Part shown: positions 51,598-63,760 of the stretch, in pieces
Position numbering within the stretch: position 1 is the stretch's first letter
Layout of the letters: each line of letters opens with the position of its first letter
DNA from: Zygnema circumcarinatum SAG 698-1b
Taxonomy: Eukaryota > Plantae > Zygnematophyceae
Assembly (NCBI GenBank): GCA_037447605.1
Contig: CM074807.1
Span: 186,001-250,000 of the forward strand
DNA length: 64,000 nucleotides
Direction of reading: 5' to 3'
Translations under genes and position numbers: made by a program
The notes under the pieces: model-generated
What the model was told of the DNA's origin: nothing
Databases searched by the model: none
The model's input: only the letters and a program-made list of their open reading frames with translations

Positions 51598-52826
51598 GAC
51601 GTCCCTCCAGCACTTGCTCCTCACAGAACACTCCTGCTGCCTCTGTCGTTTCTCTTGCTGCTGCTACTACTGCTACATACTTACTTTATCCGCGCAACCA
51701 ACATCTGCAAGCACCACGTTATGATATCAAAGGGTTGCAATCTGATAACGCAAACATGCACTAGAAATTACATGCTGCGCTTTTCCAGGATTGTCATGTC
51801 ACATGCACTTGCAACTCGCCCCCAGCCACTGTCAGCTCTACAAGAGGCAGAGAGTGAGCGAGCCGTGCCTGCTGCTCTCCCTCCTCCTATACTTGCAGTA
51901 AAGAGAAATTTGCAGTGCAAGAGTATACAGGCGGGGGAAGGTTGATGGACGGGAGGAAAAGCAAGACATGAGTAGAGTTCAGCAAGTTGGCTTCAGCGTT
52001 TCGAAGGACCTTACAGACTCACAATCCTAGATGAAACTGAGCTTTCGGCGTATTTTTAGACTCTGACCCAAAACCCTTAATTCTTAAAGTCTAAATGATG
52101 AACCCTAAATGCTGAGATACAAAACTCAACTGGCAACAGACAATAGGCCTATGCCCATCTGTGTTGCAAACATGTGCCTTTCTTCTTTTTATTGTTTCGA
52201 GCTTCAAATGAACCAGCCGGCCACGAGCCAGCTATTCCACCAACCCTAATAGGAACCAGCGAAAGGAGTGACTTCGGAGGCATTTTCGCAACGGCAAACA
52301 GAACAAACAGAGAAAATTTTCAACCAATTACTCCTCCATACCCCCGCCAAATTCATTCTCCTACTCAGTGTATCCCTCCTTTGAACTCCTCCCTCACCGT
52401 TTCTTGCATTCTGTGCCCAGGTCAGACCTTTCTGTCTGCTTTCTCCCCTGCCCTGCCTTCGCGCTTTCTCTCTCCCTCTCCCTCTCCCTCTCCCTTACCT
52501 CTTCTCTGTCAGATTCTCCTTCTTTCTCCACCTCTTCAGTGATATTCTTCCTCACGTCTCAGAGCCTTCAGCTGAAGATTACAGCAAAAACGACGCAGGA
52601 CATAACGGTAGATGAAAGCTTCCCCGCCTTCTCAATTGTGTGAGTCGTTCCGGCGACACATGAGCTGTGTCTCTGTTGACAGTTTTGTTCGCCGTCCAAC
52701 GCACTGGTGACCTCTACAGCGCGCATGGAACCGTAAAATGTGCCGTGTGGCGGATTTCCATGTCCGAAATCCCGATGATCTCAATTCACATACCGTACGG
52801 TAAGAGCCATGCTTAAACATAAGGTC

Positions 52827-52971
52827 ATGCCATGCCATCATGCCATCATGCATGCCATCATGCCATGATGCATGCAATCATGCCTTTGCCATCATGCCAT
52901 CAATGCATGTCATCATGCCATCATGGCATCATGGCATCATGGCATGCCATGCCATGCCATGCCATGCCATG
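52827..52971. repeat. CATG/CATC/CATGG low-complexity array in the divergent spacer between snRNP27 and HVA22
   Basis: catgccatgccatcatgccatcatgcatgccatcatgcc...catcatggcatcatggcatcatggcatgccatgccatg. Confidence 0.92.
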
Positions 52972-53413
52972 GTCCAGGGCGGTCCAACGTTCCTTTCCGC
53001 CTCCGCCGCCTGAGCGCGAGGGAAGAGCTCCAGTGCGTTCCAGCACTGGCCCTTGCTCGCCTGCTGCGGCCGCTTCTTTCCTTGGACATTCTCTTTCTCC
53101 CTTGGTACAGTCCGCCGATTTCTTGTAAAAGGTTAGAAGCTTCGCTCGGCTTGTAATCCTTGGCTGAATGATTGTAACTTTTGACTGATTCACTCTTCTA
53201 TTTTGGTTTATGCTTGGCACTGGAGGAATGAAAATCGATATTAATATCAGCAGTGTTAGATGTCCTTTTGTTTCTGTGCAGGCACCTTCAGTCCTTGCAT
53301 TTGAAGCAGTGCTTTGATCAATGCCATTCTTCAAAACTTTGTCCTAATGGCATATCTCTGGTGCATTTGGCTTGTTCTGTGCAGATCTTTTTGGTTTTCT
53401 AGACTTCAAGGCA

Positions 53414-55524
53414 ATGGTGTTCCTTTTTGTGATTACCCGGCTTTTGACGTGAGTATACAACACTGTGAATTGGACAAATTGAATTGTTTCCATTATCATT
53501 AGTGAGTGCTTTCGTCTCTTGTTTTCTTCAATTAGTCAAAAGATTGCCATTCTCGACTTCATTCAGGCTTTCTCTGGGGGCAGCCTAATCTCAAATAGTT
53601 GTATTCGTGTCCCATTTGGAGCTGGCTAATCGCCGCCAAATGGACTTTCTTTGCGTCTGGATTCTTCCTAGGATTCATTCTTGTAGTGCTCCAATATGAT
53701 TTCCCATAGATGCTTCGGTTTTACTTTCATTTTCTGTCTGGCATTGCAGCATGGTGTTCGGGTACCTTTATCCAGCTTATGAATGTTACAAATCGCTCGA
53801 ACATGGGCGCCCGAGCATGGAGCAGCTGCGCTTTTGGTGCCGATTCTGGTAATTTCTTCACTGAAGCTGACATCTTGGGTGGCATCTGACATTCTTTCAC
53901 GCATGTGCATTTTTTTGCATACTTTTCGTTTTACAAAGCGGCACGTGTTTCTTTCTGCGGCCCTATTTTCTATCTCCATACGCACATGTAGTGGACAAGA
54001 TGCCAACTCTCTCTTGTCTCTCGTTACATCATTGGATTCAGTCGACCTCCTCATCATTTCTAGAGTCACCAGATTGCAATTGCCAAATGTGATGCAATTG
54101 GTGGCTTCTCCTTGTTTTGGCGATGCACTTTACTGTTTTGACTTGGTCACCATTTGTTTTTGTTTTCTTGTCCACAGGACCATTCTTGCTATGTTGGCGG
54201 TTGCTGAACGTCTTGGAGACCCCCTTGTATCATGGTAAGGAAATCTCGTCTTTGTGAGGAGCTCGATGCCAGCGCTTCTTATCCACTGGTATTTTATGGG
54301 AGTTTTGTCTCCATGGCTTGCTTTTGTGATCAGTTTTTCAATTACAATGAACTAGACAAAACGGAGTCCTGTCTCCAAATGTCGGAGGAAAGCAGCTGAT
54401 TTTAGCCCTCAATGCAAATCGCAGGTTGCCGTTCTATTGTGAGGCCAAACTCGCATTTATGGTGTACTTGTGGCATCCACGAACGCAGGTTGGTTCTCTT
54501 ATCCCAGCTGGTGAAATCGTTGTGGGAACAACCTGCAGTATTATAGCCTCTACATTCGGCTTATTCAGGCGGATGCACGTGAAAAAGAAAACATAGACAT
54601 TCTGACTTCCTTTTTAAGTCGTTCACTTTCGTTCGATGCTTTCACTTCTTTATCGTCTGAGCCGATTCCAGGTTTTGTTGGCTTGCAAGGACAGAAGCAG
54701 TTTGGTGGAGATCAGCCGTTATTGTCCTGTTTCATATGCAGCATTCTTGATCTGTATACAAGTGTTCGCAACTCAAGTTGAACTGAGCTTGGACCTGCAT
54801 GCTTCCGGCTGCAGGGAACGGATTATGTCTACAACCAGCTGCTTGTCCCGTTTGTGTCGAAGCATGAGCCGGAGATCGATCGTCACCTAAGTGAATTCAG
54901 AACTAAGGCGGGTGATGCTGCAGTCCAATACGGGCAGTCTGCGGCTAAAGCCATGCGCGAGTGGGTGATGGAGGGCCTCCAATATCTAGCTGCCCATTCC
55001 CCAAGAAACATTCATCAGGTGAGATGTAATAGTCAAGTACAGCAATTGTAATCGCGATCTGTTGACCTTTCACGTTCCTTTATGTTAGTGAAGCTGGTTT
55101 TACACGACAAGGTGGTCACTCGGATATTCATTGCCGTTGGTTACGTCCTCAGAATTTGCAGGCCCCTCGGCTTCAGGAAGTCGACCACATTCCTCGTGGA
55201 AGTTCACCCCAGCGAGTGCGTCTTGCTCAAGATGAAGATGCGATGTGGGCTGAACAGCTGAGGGGGGCTGGAAGGCGGAGAGTGGTGATTCAAGAAGAAG
55301 ACGAGATTGATGACTACGATGTTGTAGAACGCGTGGCTGAGCCCCGCAAACCACGAAATCCTGCAGTAAGCCCCAAAAGGGGTGGCCCTGCTGCAACCCC
55401 ACAAGGGGCGGAGGCTCCCTCAGATGACTACGCAAGTCGGCTTCGCCCCCGAAGCACTCGCCGAAAGTATGCTGTTACCCCGGCGGGTGGCAGCGGGGGA
55501 GGGAGCTGGAGTGAAGAAAACTGA
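53414..55524 (+). CDS. HVA22-like / REEP (TB2/DP1) ER membrane protein
   Basis: MVFLFVITRLLT|MVFGYLYPAYECYKSLE...QLRFWCRFW|TILAMLAVAER..D.LVSW|LPFYCEAKLAFMVYLWHPRTQ|GTDYVY...KHEPEIDRHL; disordered C-terminus. Confidence 0.93.
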
Positions 55525-55943
55525 TTTCGTCGCGATGGAAGGCTCATCCTTTGGAGAAACTTCTCTACTCATCATGCCCACCTCCGGTGCAGTTTTCAAT
55601 TGGAACACTGTCACCTTCCTTTCTCAAGTTGCGCTCAACGGAGATGCACAATGTTTCCCGTGGGCCAACGCATGTACACATGGAGTGTCGCTTTTGTACA
55701 GTCTGCCGCTTGAAGTCTCCGTCAAGGTTGCAGTGATTGTGGGGGGTTTGATGGTATACAGTATGACCCATTTCAGAGTAGGTTTCAGATTTGCAGTGGT
55801 CGTTCTCGTGTGCCTTCCTTTGTGTATTTTATCGAGGATTACGGGTCAGTGGAAGCTGAGGGCGTTTTTGAGGGGCAGAGCTTCAGAGCACCTATTGGAA
55901 TTAGGGGGTAAAGCAAGACATGCCGTCGCAGCAGTGATATGTT

Positions 55944-57658
55944 TTGTAAACGCAGCTGAAAGGCAGCGGTGCACTTGATCGTCTATCTGCGATCATCGGT
56001 GTTTGTTTACAAGCAAACAGAGTCAGGTTGATCCACTTTTATTGCAGGGCAATGTGTTTACAACAATGAATCTATGTGAGTGCTCTGATTGGACTCACAG
56101 TCTCACAAAGTGGTGATGGGAAAGGAAAAATTGGTGGTAAATCTATCTCGTCTGCATTTCCAGAGTGCTTTCATTTACAAAGAGAGTCGCGAGACTGTCA
56201 TTTCCTGATCCATCATGTCCTTCACATCACATGTCGTTAATCATCTTTTTGTAAACAAATTGCTTCTCAGCATCCGCCTCTGTCAAGGCGCGTTCTGTGA
56301 GTACTTGCTTTATTCGGCACATAGACTTCCTCACCTGCACAAAGAATGCAATCCAGCCAAACGCAATGCTTGAAGCACCTCAAATGTCTATTGTACTGCA
56401 AGTCAGCCATAGTTTAGGTCCACTTTAAAGCCACAGATTAGGCTTCCTAGGGTGCTTAAGGCCTAAAGGATCTCTAGGGCTTCTAGGCTACTTAGTCTTT
56501 TTAGGGTTCTCCAACAATTTTGATGCCAACGATGTGGAGATCCTTGGCGTGAAGTCTCGAACTCGACCGCAAGAAAAGCGACGAAAAGGGTTCACGTTGA
56601 AAGAGCTCTACTCAATCATTGATCAAACTAATCAAGTTATGCCGCTGAATCTAATTCGAAGACTCAAATTGCAAAAACCAAGTTGCTGAGATTAGACTTG
56701 CTGAATCAGAATCAACGAAGAACATTGATACGGGAGAAGAGAGAAGAGCAGCCAGGAATGCACCTTCACGATTCTGTGCTGATCAGGCATCCGTTGACCC
56801 TCTGAGCGCGCGAACTCCTTCTGCGAGTAAAGGAGGATCTTCTCCTTCAGCAGAACATACCAGAGCTTGTGAAGGTCTGCGAAGCCCTTCTGCCGCAGCT
56901 CCCACGCCTCCCACGGCCGGCCTGAACCCACTCACGCAGAAGCACCCAAAGGCCTAAAGCAAGCACCACGCAACAAAAAGACAAAGAAATCTGCACCCGA
57001 TTGGCATACTTCGCCTAGCGAGCGACTAGTAAAACAAACAAGTAAATAAACAAGCAAGGAAAGAACAAACTAAATAAAGAAACGAACAGCTCAACCATAG
57101 ATCTATAAAGGACCCCTTAGAGTTGCTCTCCCCTTCCAGCCCCACTCCTCCGCCCTGTATTCCCTTCCCCCACTCCCTCCCTCCCACCCTCCATCTTTCT
57201 CCCTATAATTTGGCTGCTAAGACGGGCAAGGGGGTCCTAAACACCCATATCCCTCCCTCAAAAGCGCTACATTCCTGAACCCTGCAGTGCTCACACCTTC
57301 ACCAGCCTCCCCCTCCCAACCCCCCCAACCCATTCAGCCTCAAAAATTCCTGAAAAACCCCTAAACTACTCCTGCAACCCTCAACCACCGTCCTCGTCCA
57401 TGACCCCTTCACTCTAACGGCTCCCTTGGTTCTTTCTGAAGCGCCCAACTCCATGCACTCTCCAATGCCCCCAATTCCTCCAAAGTAACGCGAAACCAAA
57501 TACCCTTTTGACACCCTTCCTTTAAACACCCCAAAACCCAACAATCTTCCCTGCACCCAGAACCCTAAATTCTTCATTGTACCCAAAATCCTAAAACCCC
57601 TCAAGCACCCTGAACCCTAACATCTTCCCCCAACCCTAACCTCCCCTCCCCCCCCCCC
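55944..57658. repeat. First copy of an exact ~1.7 kb duplication (second copy 57669-~59375); contains MRPL47 exons 2-3 without exon 1
   Basis: Sequence identical at an offset of 1725, including identical ORFs 56692/58417 and 57299/59024; copies abut an N10 gap after a poly-C run. Confidence 0.95.
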
Positions 57659-57951
57659 NNNNNNNNNNTTGTAAACGCAGCTGAAAGGCAGCGGTGCACT
57701 TGATCGTCTATCTGCGATCATCGGTGTTTGTTTACAAGCAAACAGAGTCAGGTTGATCCACTTTTATTGCAGGGCAATGTGTTTACAACAATGAATCTAT
57801 GTGAGTGCTCTGATTGGACTCACAGTCTCACAAAGTGGTGATGGGAAAGGAAAAATTGGTGGTAAATCTATCTCGTCTGCATTTCCAGAGTGCTTTCATT
57901 TACAAAGAGAGTCGCGAGACTGTCATTTCCTGATCCATCATGTCCTTCACA

Positions 57952-59577
57952 TCACATGTCGTTAATCATCTTTTTGTAAACAAATTGCTTCTCAGCATCC
58001 GCCTCTGTCAAGGCGCGTTCTGTGAGTACTTGCTTTATTCGGCACATAGACTTCCTCACCTGCACAAAGAATGCAATCCAGCCAAACGCAATGCTTGAAG
58101 CACCTCAAATGTCTATTGTACTGCAAGTCAGCCATAGTTTAGGTCCACTTTAAAGCCACAGATTAGGCTTCCTAGGGTGCTTAAGGCCTAAAGGATCTCT
58201 AGGGCTTCTAGGCTACTTAGTCTTTTTAGGGTTCTCCAACAATTTTGATGCCAACGATGTGGAGATCCTTGGCGTGAAGTCTCGAACTCGACCGCAAGAA
58301 AAGCGACGAAAAGGGTTCACGTTGAAAGAGCTCTACTCAATCATTGATCAAACTAATCAAGTTATGCCGCTGAATCTAATTCGAAGACTCAAATTGCAAA
58401 AACCAAGTTGCTGAGATTAGACTTGCTGAATCAGAATCAACGAAGAACATTGATACGGGAGAAGAGAGAAGAGCAGCCAGGAATGCACCTTCACGATTCT
58501 GTGCTGATCAGGCATCCGTTGACCCTCTGAGCGCGCGAACTCCTTCTGCGAGTAAAGGAGGATCTTCTCCTTCAGCAGAACATACCAGAGCTTGTGAAGG
58601 TCTGCGAAGCCCTTCTGCCGCAGCTCCCACGCCTCCCACGGCCGGCCTGAACCCACTCACGCAGAAGCACCCAAAGGCCTAAAGCAAGCACCACGCAACA
58701 AAAAGACAAAGAAATCTGCACCCGATTGGCATACTTCGCCTAGCGAGCGACTAGTAAAACAAACAAGTAAATAAACAAGCAAGGAAAGAACAAACTAAAT
58801 AAAGAAACGAACAGCTCAACCATAGATCTATAAAGGACCCCTTAGAGTTGCTCTCCCCTTCCAGCCCCACTCCTCCGCCCTGTATTCCCTTCCCCCACTC
58901 CCTCCCTCCCACCCTCCATCTTTCTCCCTATAATTTGGCTGCTAAGACGGGCAAGGGGGTCCTAAACACCCATATCCCTCCCTCAAAAGCGCTACATTCC
59001 TGAACCCTGCAGTGCTCACACCTTCACCAGCCTCCCCCTCCCAACCCCCCCAACCCATTCAGCCTCAAAAATTCCTGAAAAACCCCTAAACTACTCCTGC
59101 AACCCTCAACCACCGTCCTCGTCCATGACCCCTTCACTCTAACGGCTCCCTTGGTTCTTTCTGAAGCGCCCAACTCCATGCACTCTCCAATGCCCCCAAT
59201 TCCTCCAAAGTAACGCGAAACCAAATACCCTTTTGACACCCTTCCTTTAAACACCCCAAAACCCAACAATCTTCCCTGCACCCAGAACCCTAAATTCTTC
59301 ATTGTACCCAAAATCCTAAAACCCCTCAAGCACCCTGAACCCTAACATCTTCCCCCAACCCTAACCTCCCCTCCCCAACCCCTCCCCCTCCCCAACCCCT
59401 CCCCCTCCCCCTCCCCCTCCCCTTCCCCCTCATCCTCCTCCTCCTCCTCCTCCTCCCCCCACCCGTCTGCACGGGCTCCGCCCGCGCCTCGAAGAGGTCC
59501 TCCACTCGGCCCCCTCCCCCCGCCCTCAAAGCGCCGCCCGCCGAGGCCAGCGGCCGCCGCAAAAGCCGGGCAAGCAT
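57952..59577 (-). CDS. MRPL47: Mitochondrial ribosomal protein L47 (uL29m), 3 exons
   Basis: Presequence [12 protein letters not shown]; [28 protein letters not shown]; [15 protein letters not shown]. Confidence 0.93.
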
Positions 59578-59938
59578 CGGTCGCACGTGCAAGAGAGTGA
59601 CAGGATTGGTCTACTCAGCCTGAGGTCCGTGCTCGAGCCCTCGTGGTTTCCGGGAGAGGGGACGGAGGCTCCTTGACGAGAGGTCTGCCGCTCTTTGCCA
59701 CACAGTTCCGTAAAGGGCCTTACGGCGCTCGACTGTAACTGGGACAGCGCATGTGTACAGTATGAGAACTGGAATTGAAATTTCCCATTCTATTGTCAAA
59801 GATGGTCCACTATGGATAACACAATTACGACCAGATGCGGGCCCCCTTCAGTGCGTGCGCGAACCGCGATCCGACGATGGACCTTTGTCAACCACCAAAT
59901 TGTCACGTGGCTCATTATCGACCGTCGAAATCGTACTA

Positions 59939-60404
59939 TCCAGATTTGGAGATAAGGTAGGCGCGCGGCCCATCATTTTCGGCCACACCTTTCCTCTCCG
60001 GGCAGCTCGCGGCCAACCTTGAGCTGCGCGGACGACGCACGCCCAATCGCAACAATTAGATCCAATGGTTGATCCAACCCATGGCCCGTCCAACGCATGG
60101 CCCGAAATGACTTCGGCTGCCGTGTCCGTCCGCGATTAGGCGAGCGTCGGCCGGGCAGCTGAAATTCTTTCCGGTCCTCCCTCGCCGCGAGTACGACCAG
60201 GTCCTACGACGCGTCACGTCACGCCACGCGCACCGTACGCGACCATTCCCCCACGGCGGTGGCGCCACCTGTCCGTCCGTACAGTCATGTCCAAGATTTG
60301 AGATGAGGTAGACGCGCGGCCCACCATTTGGGCCACACCTTCCCTCTCCGGGCAGCTCGTGGCCAACCTTGAGCTGCCCGGATGGCGCTCGCCCAATCGC
60401 GGAC
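59939..60404. repeat. ~112-bp imperfect direct repeat (59939-60050, 60290-60400) with an internal hairpin and a partial inverted copy (60128-60160)
   Basis: agatttg..aggtag.cgcgcggccc...ggccacacctt.cctctccgggcagctcg.ggccaaccttgagctgc...gcccaatcgc occurs twice; 11-bp perfect inverted repeat ccgggcagctc/gagctgcccgg in copy 2. Confidence 0.88.
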
Positions 60405-60547
60405 GCTTACGTCGCGCATACGGCAGCCAAAACCATTTCAGGGCTGCCCGGGGCCCACCCCAAGGCCACGCCCTCCGGCCCAGGCCATCATTTCTCCCTC
60501 ACTCAGCGCTCTCTCTCTCTCTCTCACTCTCTCTCTACTGCTAATCC

Positions 60548-61421
60548 ATGGCCGTGCAGAAGGCTGCAGCTGCTTTGTGCGCCCTCTGGTTGCAAGCAAT
60601 GCAGCTGCTCGTAGCAGCGCTAAGCAGCGGGTTGAAGGCTGCTGTAGCAGCCCGCACGCAGCTTGAAGACCTCGCCTTCAATTTTTGCAGTGTCCCATGG
60701 CTGGTCGTCATGGAAAATCTTGGATACAGCTTACTGGAATCGGCTTGGTTCTGGCTGATTGTGGGCGCCAAAGAAGTCGGAAAGACATACCTTTCCGTTG
60801 TGGATTGGCTGCACAAGGAGTTCGCAAGGGAGTTAGCCAATCCTCGCCAGGTATGACCTGCTGCACCTTATAAAGCTTTCAAGCCTTTTGTTTTTAGGGT
60901 TGTTAGCATCAAAAAGTTCGTTGCCTTGGTGCTTGCTTTTGTATGGATGAGTTTTTTGGGTTGGTATGCATATGCTGGACTAATGTGGCGCTTGCTGTCT
61001 CTTGTTGGCAATACAGGTTCCCCCGACCTTGAAGACATATCCCGGATATTACTCACCGCTCTATAAGCCTCACCAGCCATTAAATGTCAGGCAGTCAAGG
61101 GTGTATGAGCCTGAGCCACCATTTCGTGGCAGGCAATCCATCTTCCGTGACTCGTCAATGTTCAGTGCGAGCCAATTGGCGTTCCGTGAGCCGCAATACA
61201 GCAGCCGCTACAGTAGTACATGGGAGGGGCAAAGGCGAATGGGAGTAAGTTTGCCAAGTCCCACTCCGCAAAGCTTCTCCTCTTGGAGAATGAAGCACGA
61301 CAAAGCGTGGCAAGAATTAGCTGAATTAGATTCTAGTCGTGAAAGGTTGAATGATTGGGATCGTGAGAGGAATCGTTTCTCGGGCTGGCACGTGAATTTG
61401 GACTTGCCCCGAAATCGCTGA
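60548..61421 (+). CDS. Hypothetical two-exon protein (~235 aa; exons 60548-60850, 61017-61421), no family recognised
   Basis: ccATGG start after a (CT)n tract; cag|gtatga donor and atacag| acceptor join two ORFs in phase 0. Confidence 0.5.
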
Positions 61422-61528
61422 AAACTCTGGTGAAAAGACTTCATCCCATGTGGAGTGACCCGAGGGGGTTCTTTTTGCCATCTAAGGATGGCCGCAACCT
61501 CAAGTGTCCGAGTGTAAAGCAATGTTTG

Positions 61529-61642
61529 AGTCAGTTTTAGTCATCAGTTAGTTTCAGTCATCAGTTAGTTTCAGTCATCAGTTAGTCATCAGTTTTAGTT
61601 TTGGTTTCAGTCATCAGTTAATCATCAGTTTTAGTTTTAGTT
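61529..61642. repeat. Degenerate AGTCATCAGTT(AGTTTC) minisatellite downstream of the orphan gene
   Basis: agtcatcagttagtttc repeated about 6 times with variants. Confidence 0.85.
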
Positions 61643-62826
61643 GCATGTCAATTTTGCATTTTGATGTACAGTGTTTGCACTTTTGCATGCCTTCATTAGT
61701 CGGTGTCTACATCAGTTTCAGGTTCAGTTTCAATTTTTTTTTTTTTTTTCAATGAGATTGCAAAAAAGCGCTCGCAAAAAATGTTGTGCAGTCGTCACGT
61801 TGGTTTATGAGCGTTGTCCTCAATTTTGTTCATTTCATAAAAACGGATCTGTTTGTCTTTTCCAGTTGTATGGATGGTTCTTTGCTTGCCGGTTTTTTGC
61901 AGCACTTTTTTGGTATGTTTATGCTCATGTTGGTTTTGCAAAGCAGCCAGATCTTGTCCTCTCCTTGTTCCAAAAAATTGCAAAAGAAAACCTTTTAAAC
62001 GTGAACTGTGTTTTTGCCTATAATTCTTTATTTCTACTCTCCTCCCCTCCCCAGGCAGAAGAAGAAGCCTTTCAGTTTTAGAACTGCATGCAGAAGGATA
62101 CATGCAGTTTTTTTTTTTTTTTTTTTGGTATTGAGTTCATTGGTTTCACATTCGCTGTGAATTTCCGTAAGTTTCCAGGAGGGTCAGTAGGTAGGACAAC
62201 AGGTAGACCTTCTGCATTGCCAGGCTAAACTAGCGACACTCTTGTGAATTGTAATAGATGTAAAATCAAACATGAAAGAAATTATTCACGCCATTCACGA
62301 GAGCGAAGTTTTCGGGGTCTGATGATAGTTTGGGATTTTTTCAGGGCTTTTGGCTTGACAGAATCACCATTCATTCATGGCTGTGTTCATGGACGAGGTC
62401 ATAGTCATAGTCAAGGTCATGGTCATGGCTTCACTTATGAAACAAAATAATTTAAATTTCCTGTTTCACAGTACCCAAAAAGTTCACTTTCACAAAAACT
62501 AAAGCACTAAGAGAAGACTAGTGCTCTGGCATAGCCTATCCTCATATAGTGAACCTCTACCTTCTTTTTGATCGGCGTAAATCAAAGGAGAAGATTCAAG
62601 TTCACCCTCAGAGCTACGTTAGTGAGTTTTTCCTTATTCTGTTTGAGAAGGTTTCGGAAGCCTCCTTTCCTCCATTCCCTCTCCTTCCCCAAGAAAGGTC
62701 TTCGCTTTTTGCCCTCGTCAAACCTTCTCCGAAAAGAAGGATTCAGAATGCTCGACGATCTCCCTCCGGGGTGCAGCTCCTAAAAACCACTGGGAAACAC
62801 TCCTTATTTCAGAAACCTTTAGACGC

Positions 62827-63760
62827 TCAAGCAGCAGCCAGAACCACGGGACCTGCATGGCACCATCTCCGTTGAGGGTCAGTTTTTAAAAAAATAATTG
62901 ATTCATTCCTGACACCAGAGAAAGACTGAACTGTAGACATTCATTCCTTGGAAAAAAAGGCACTGGGTGGACTGCTCACGTCCTCCTGCTCCTAAAGTAT
63001 CATAAAAGCAAAGCACATGTCTAAGTAGAAAAGTACTCCCTCTCCCTCTCCCTCTCCCTCTCCCTCTCCCTCTCCCNNNNNNNNNNCTCTCCCTCTCCCT
63101 CTCTCTCTCCCTCTCTCTCTCCCTCTCTCTCCCTCTCTCCCTCTCCCTCTCCCTCTCCCTCTCCCTCTCCCTCTGAATGCTGATCAGTCTTCACATTTGA
63201 AGGTATGTCAAATGCCACATACCACATGCAATGCGGGTGCCCGAATTGCCAGTTGTGAGGCTGAGGGGAACGCCGCCTGTAGAAGCGGCCACAGCGACAT
63301 AATAAGTACTGCTTTCAAGAGGAGGACACGTCATCACATGCCATCAATTATCAGAGAAAGAAACTTTCCCAACTCCTTTAACAAACAACAGCAAGGAGGG
63401 GGCCCTGAAAGTCTCCGGTCACCCCCCCTCACCCTTTCCAAGATCATCCTCCATTGAGTGAACGACAATTCCGCGGCCCAATATGGAGTAGGCCCCCGTC
63501 AAAGAGACCTGAAGAGAAAGAAAGAAGAACAAGGAAGGGCCGTCAACACCGGAGTCTTCAAAAAGATTCATAACGATATTCCAATATTTTTCTAGAAGTA
63601 CTGAAGGTTGAACCAAAGAGAGAGCATAAAAATGCAGCTTTTGATGAGTGATTAAAATTGAATGAAAAACTAGGTAATCTCAGAACTTTAAAATCGTATA
63701 AAAAAAGGTCGCTAGGATAGAACGGACCTGCGAATCCATTATTACTGCCGACACCACACC
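62827..63760 (-). CDS. Cu/Zn superoxide dismutase, C-terminal exons; 5' part lies beyond the window
   Basis: GVVSAVIMDSQ|VSLTGAYSILGRGIVVHSMEDDLGK|GGVPLSLTTGNSGTRIAC|GPVVLAAA*. Confidence 0.92.
63036..63173. repeat. (CTCTCC)n microsatellite with an N gap in a SOD intron
   Basis: Seen directly; gap 63077-63086. Confidence 0.9.

Noticed and set aside
55944-59380. Tandem duplication or partial second copy of MRPL47
   Set aside because: The copies look identical including introns and meet at an N10 gap after a poly-C run, which is the typical unmerged contig overlap. Half read depth would confirm an artefact.
61730-62130. Poly-T runs as retroelement tails
   Set aside because: No RT, TSD or element body is visible; compatible with convergent 3' UTRs.
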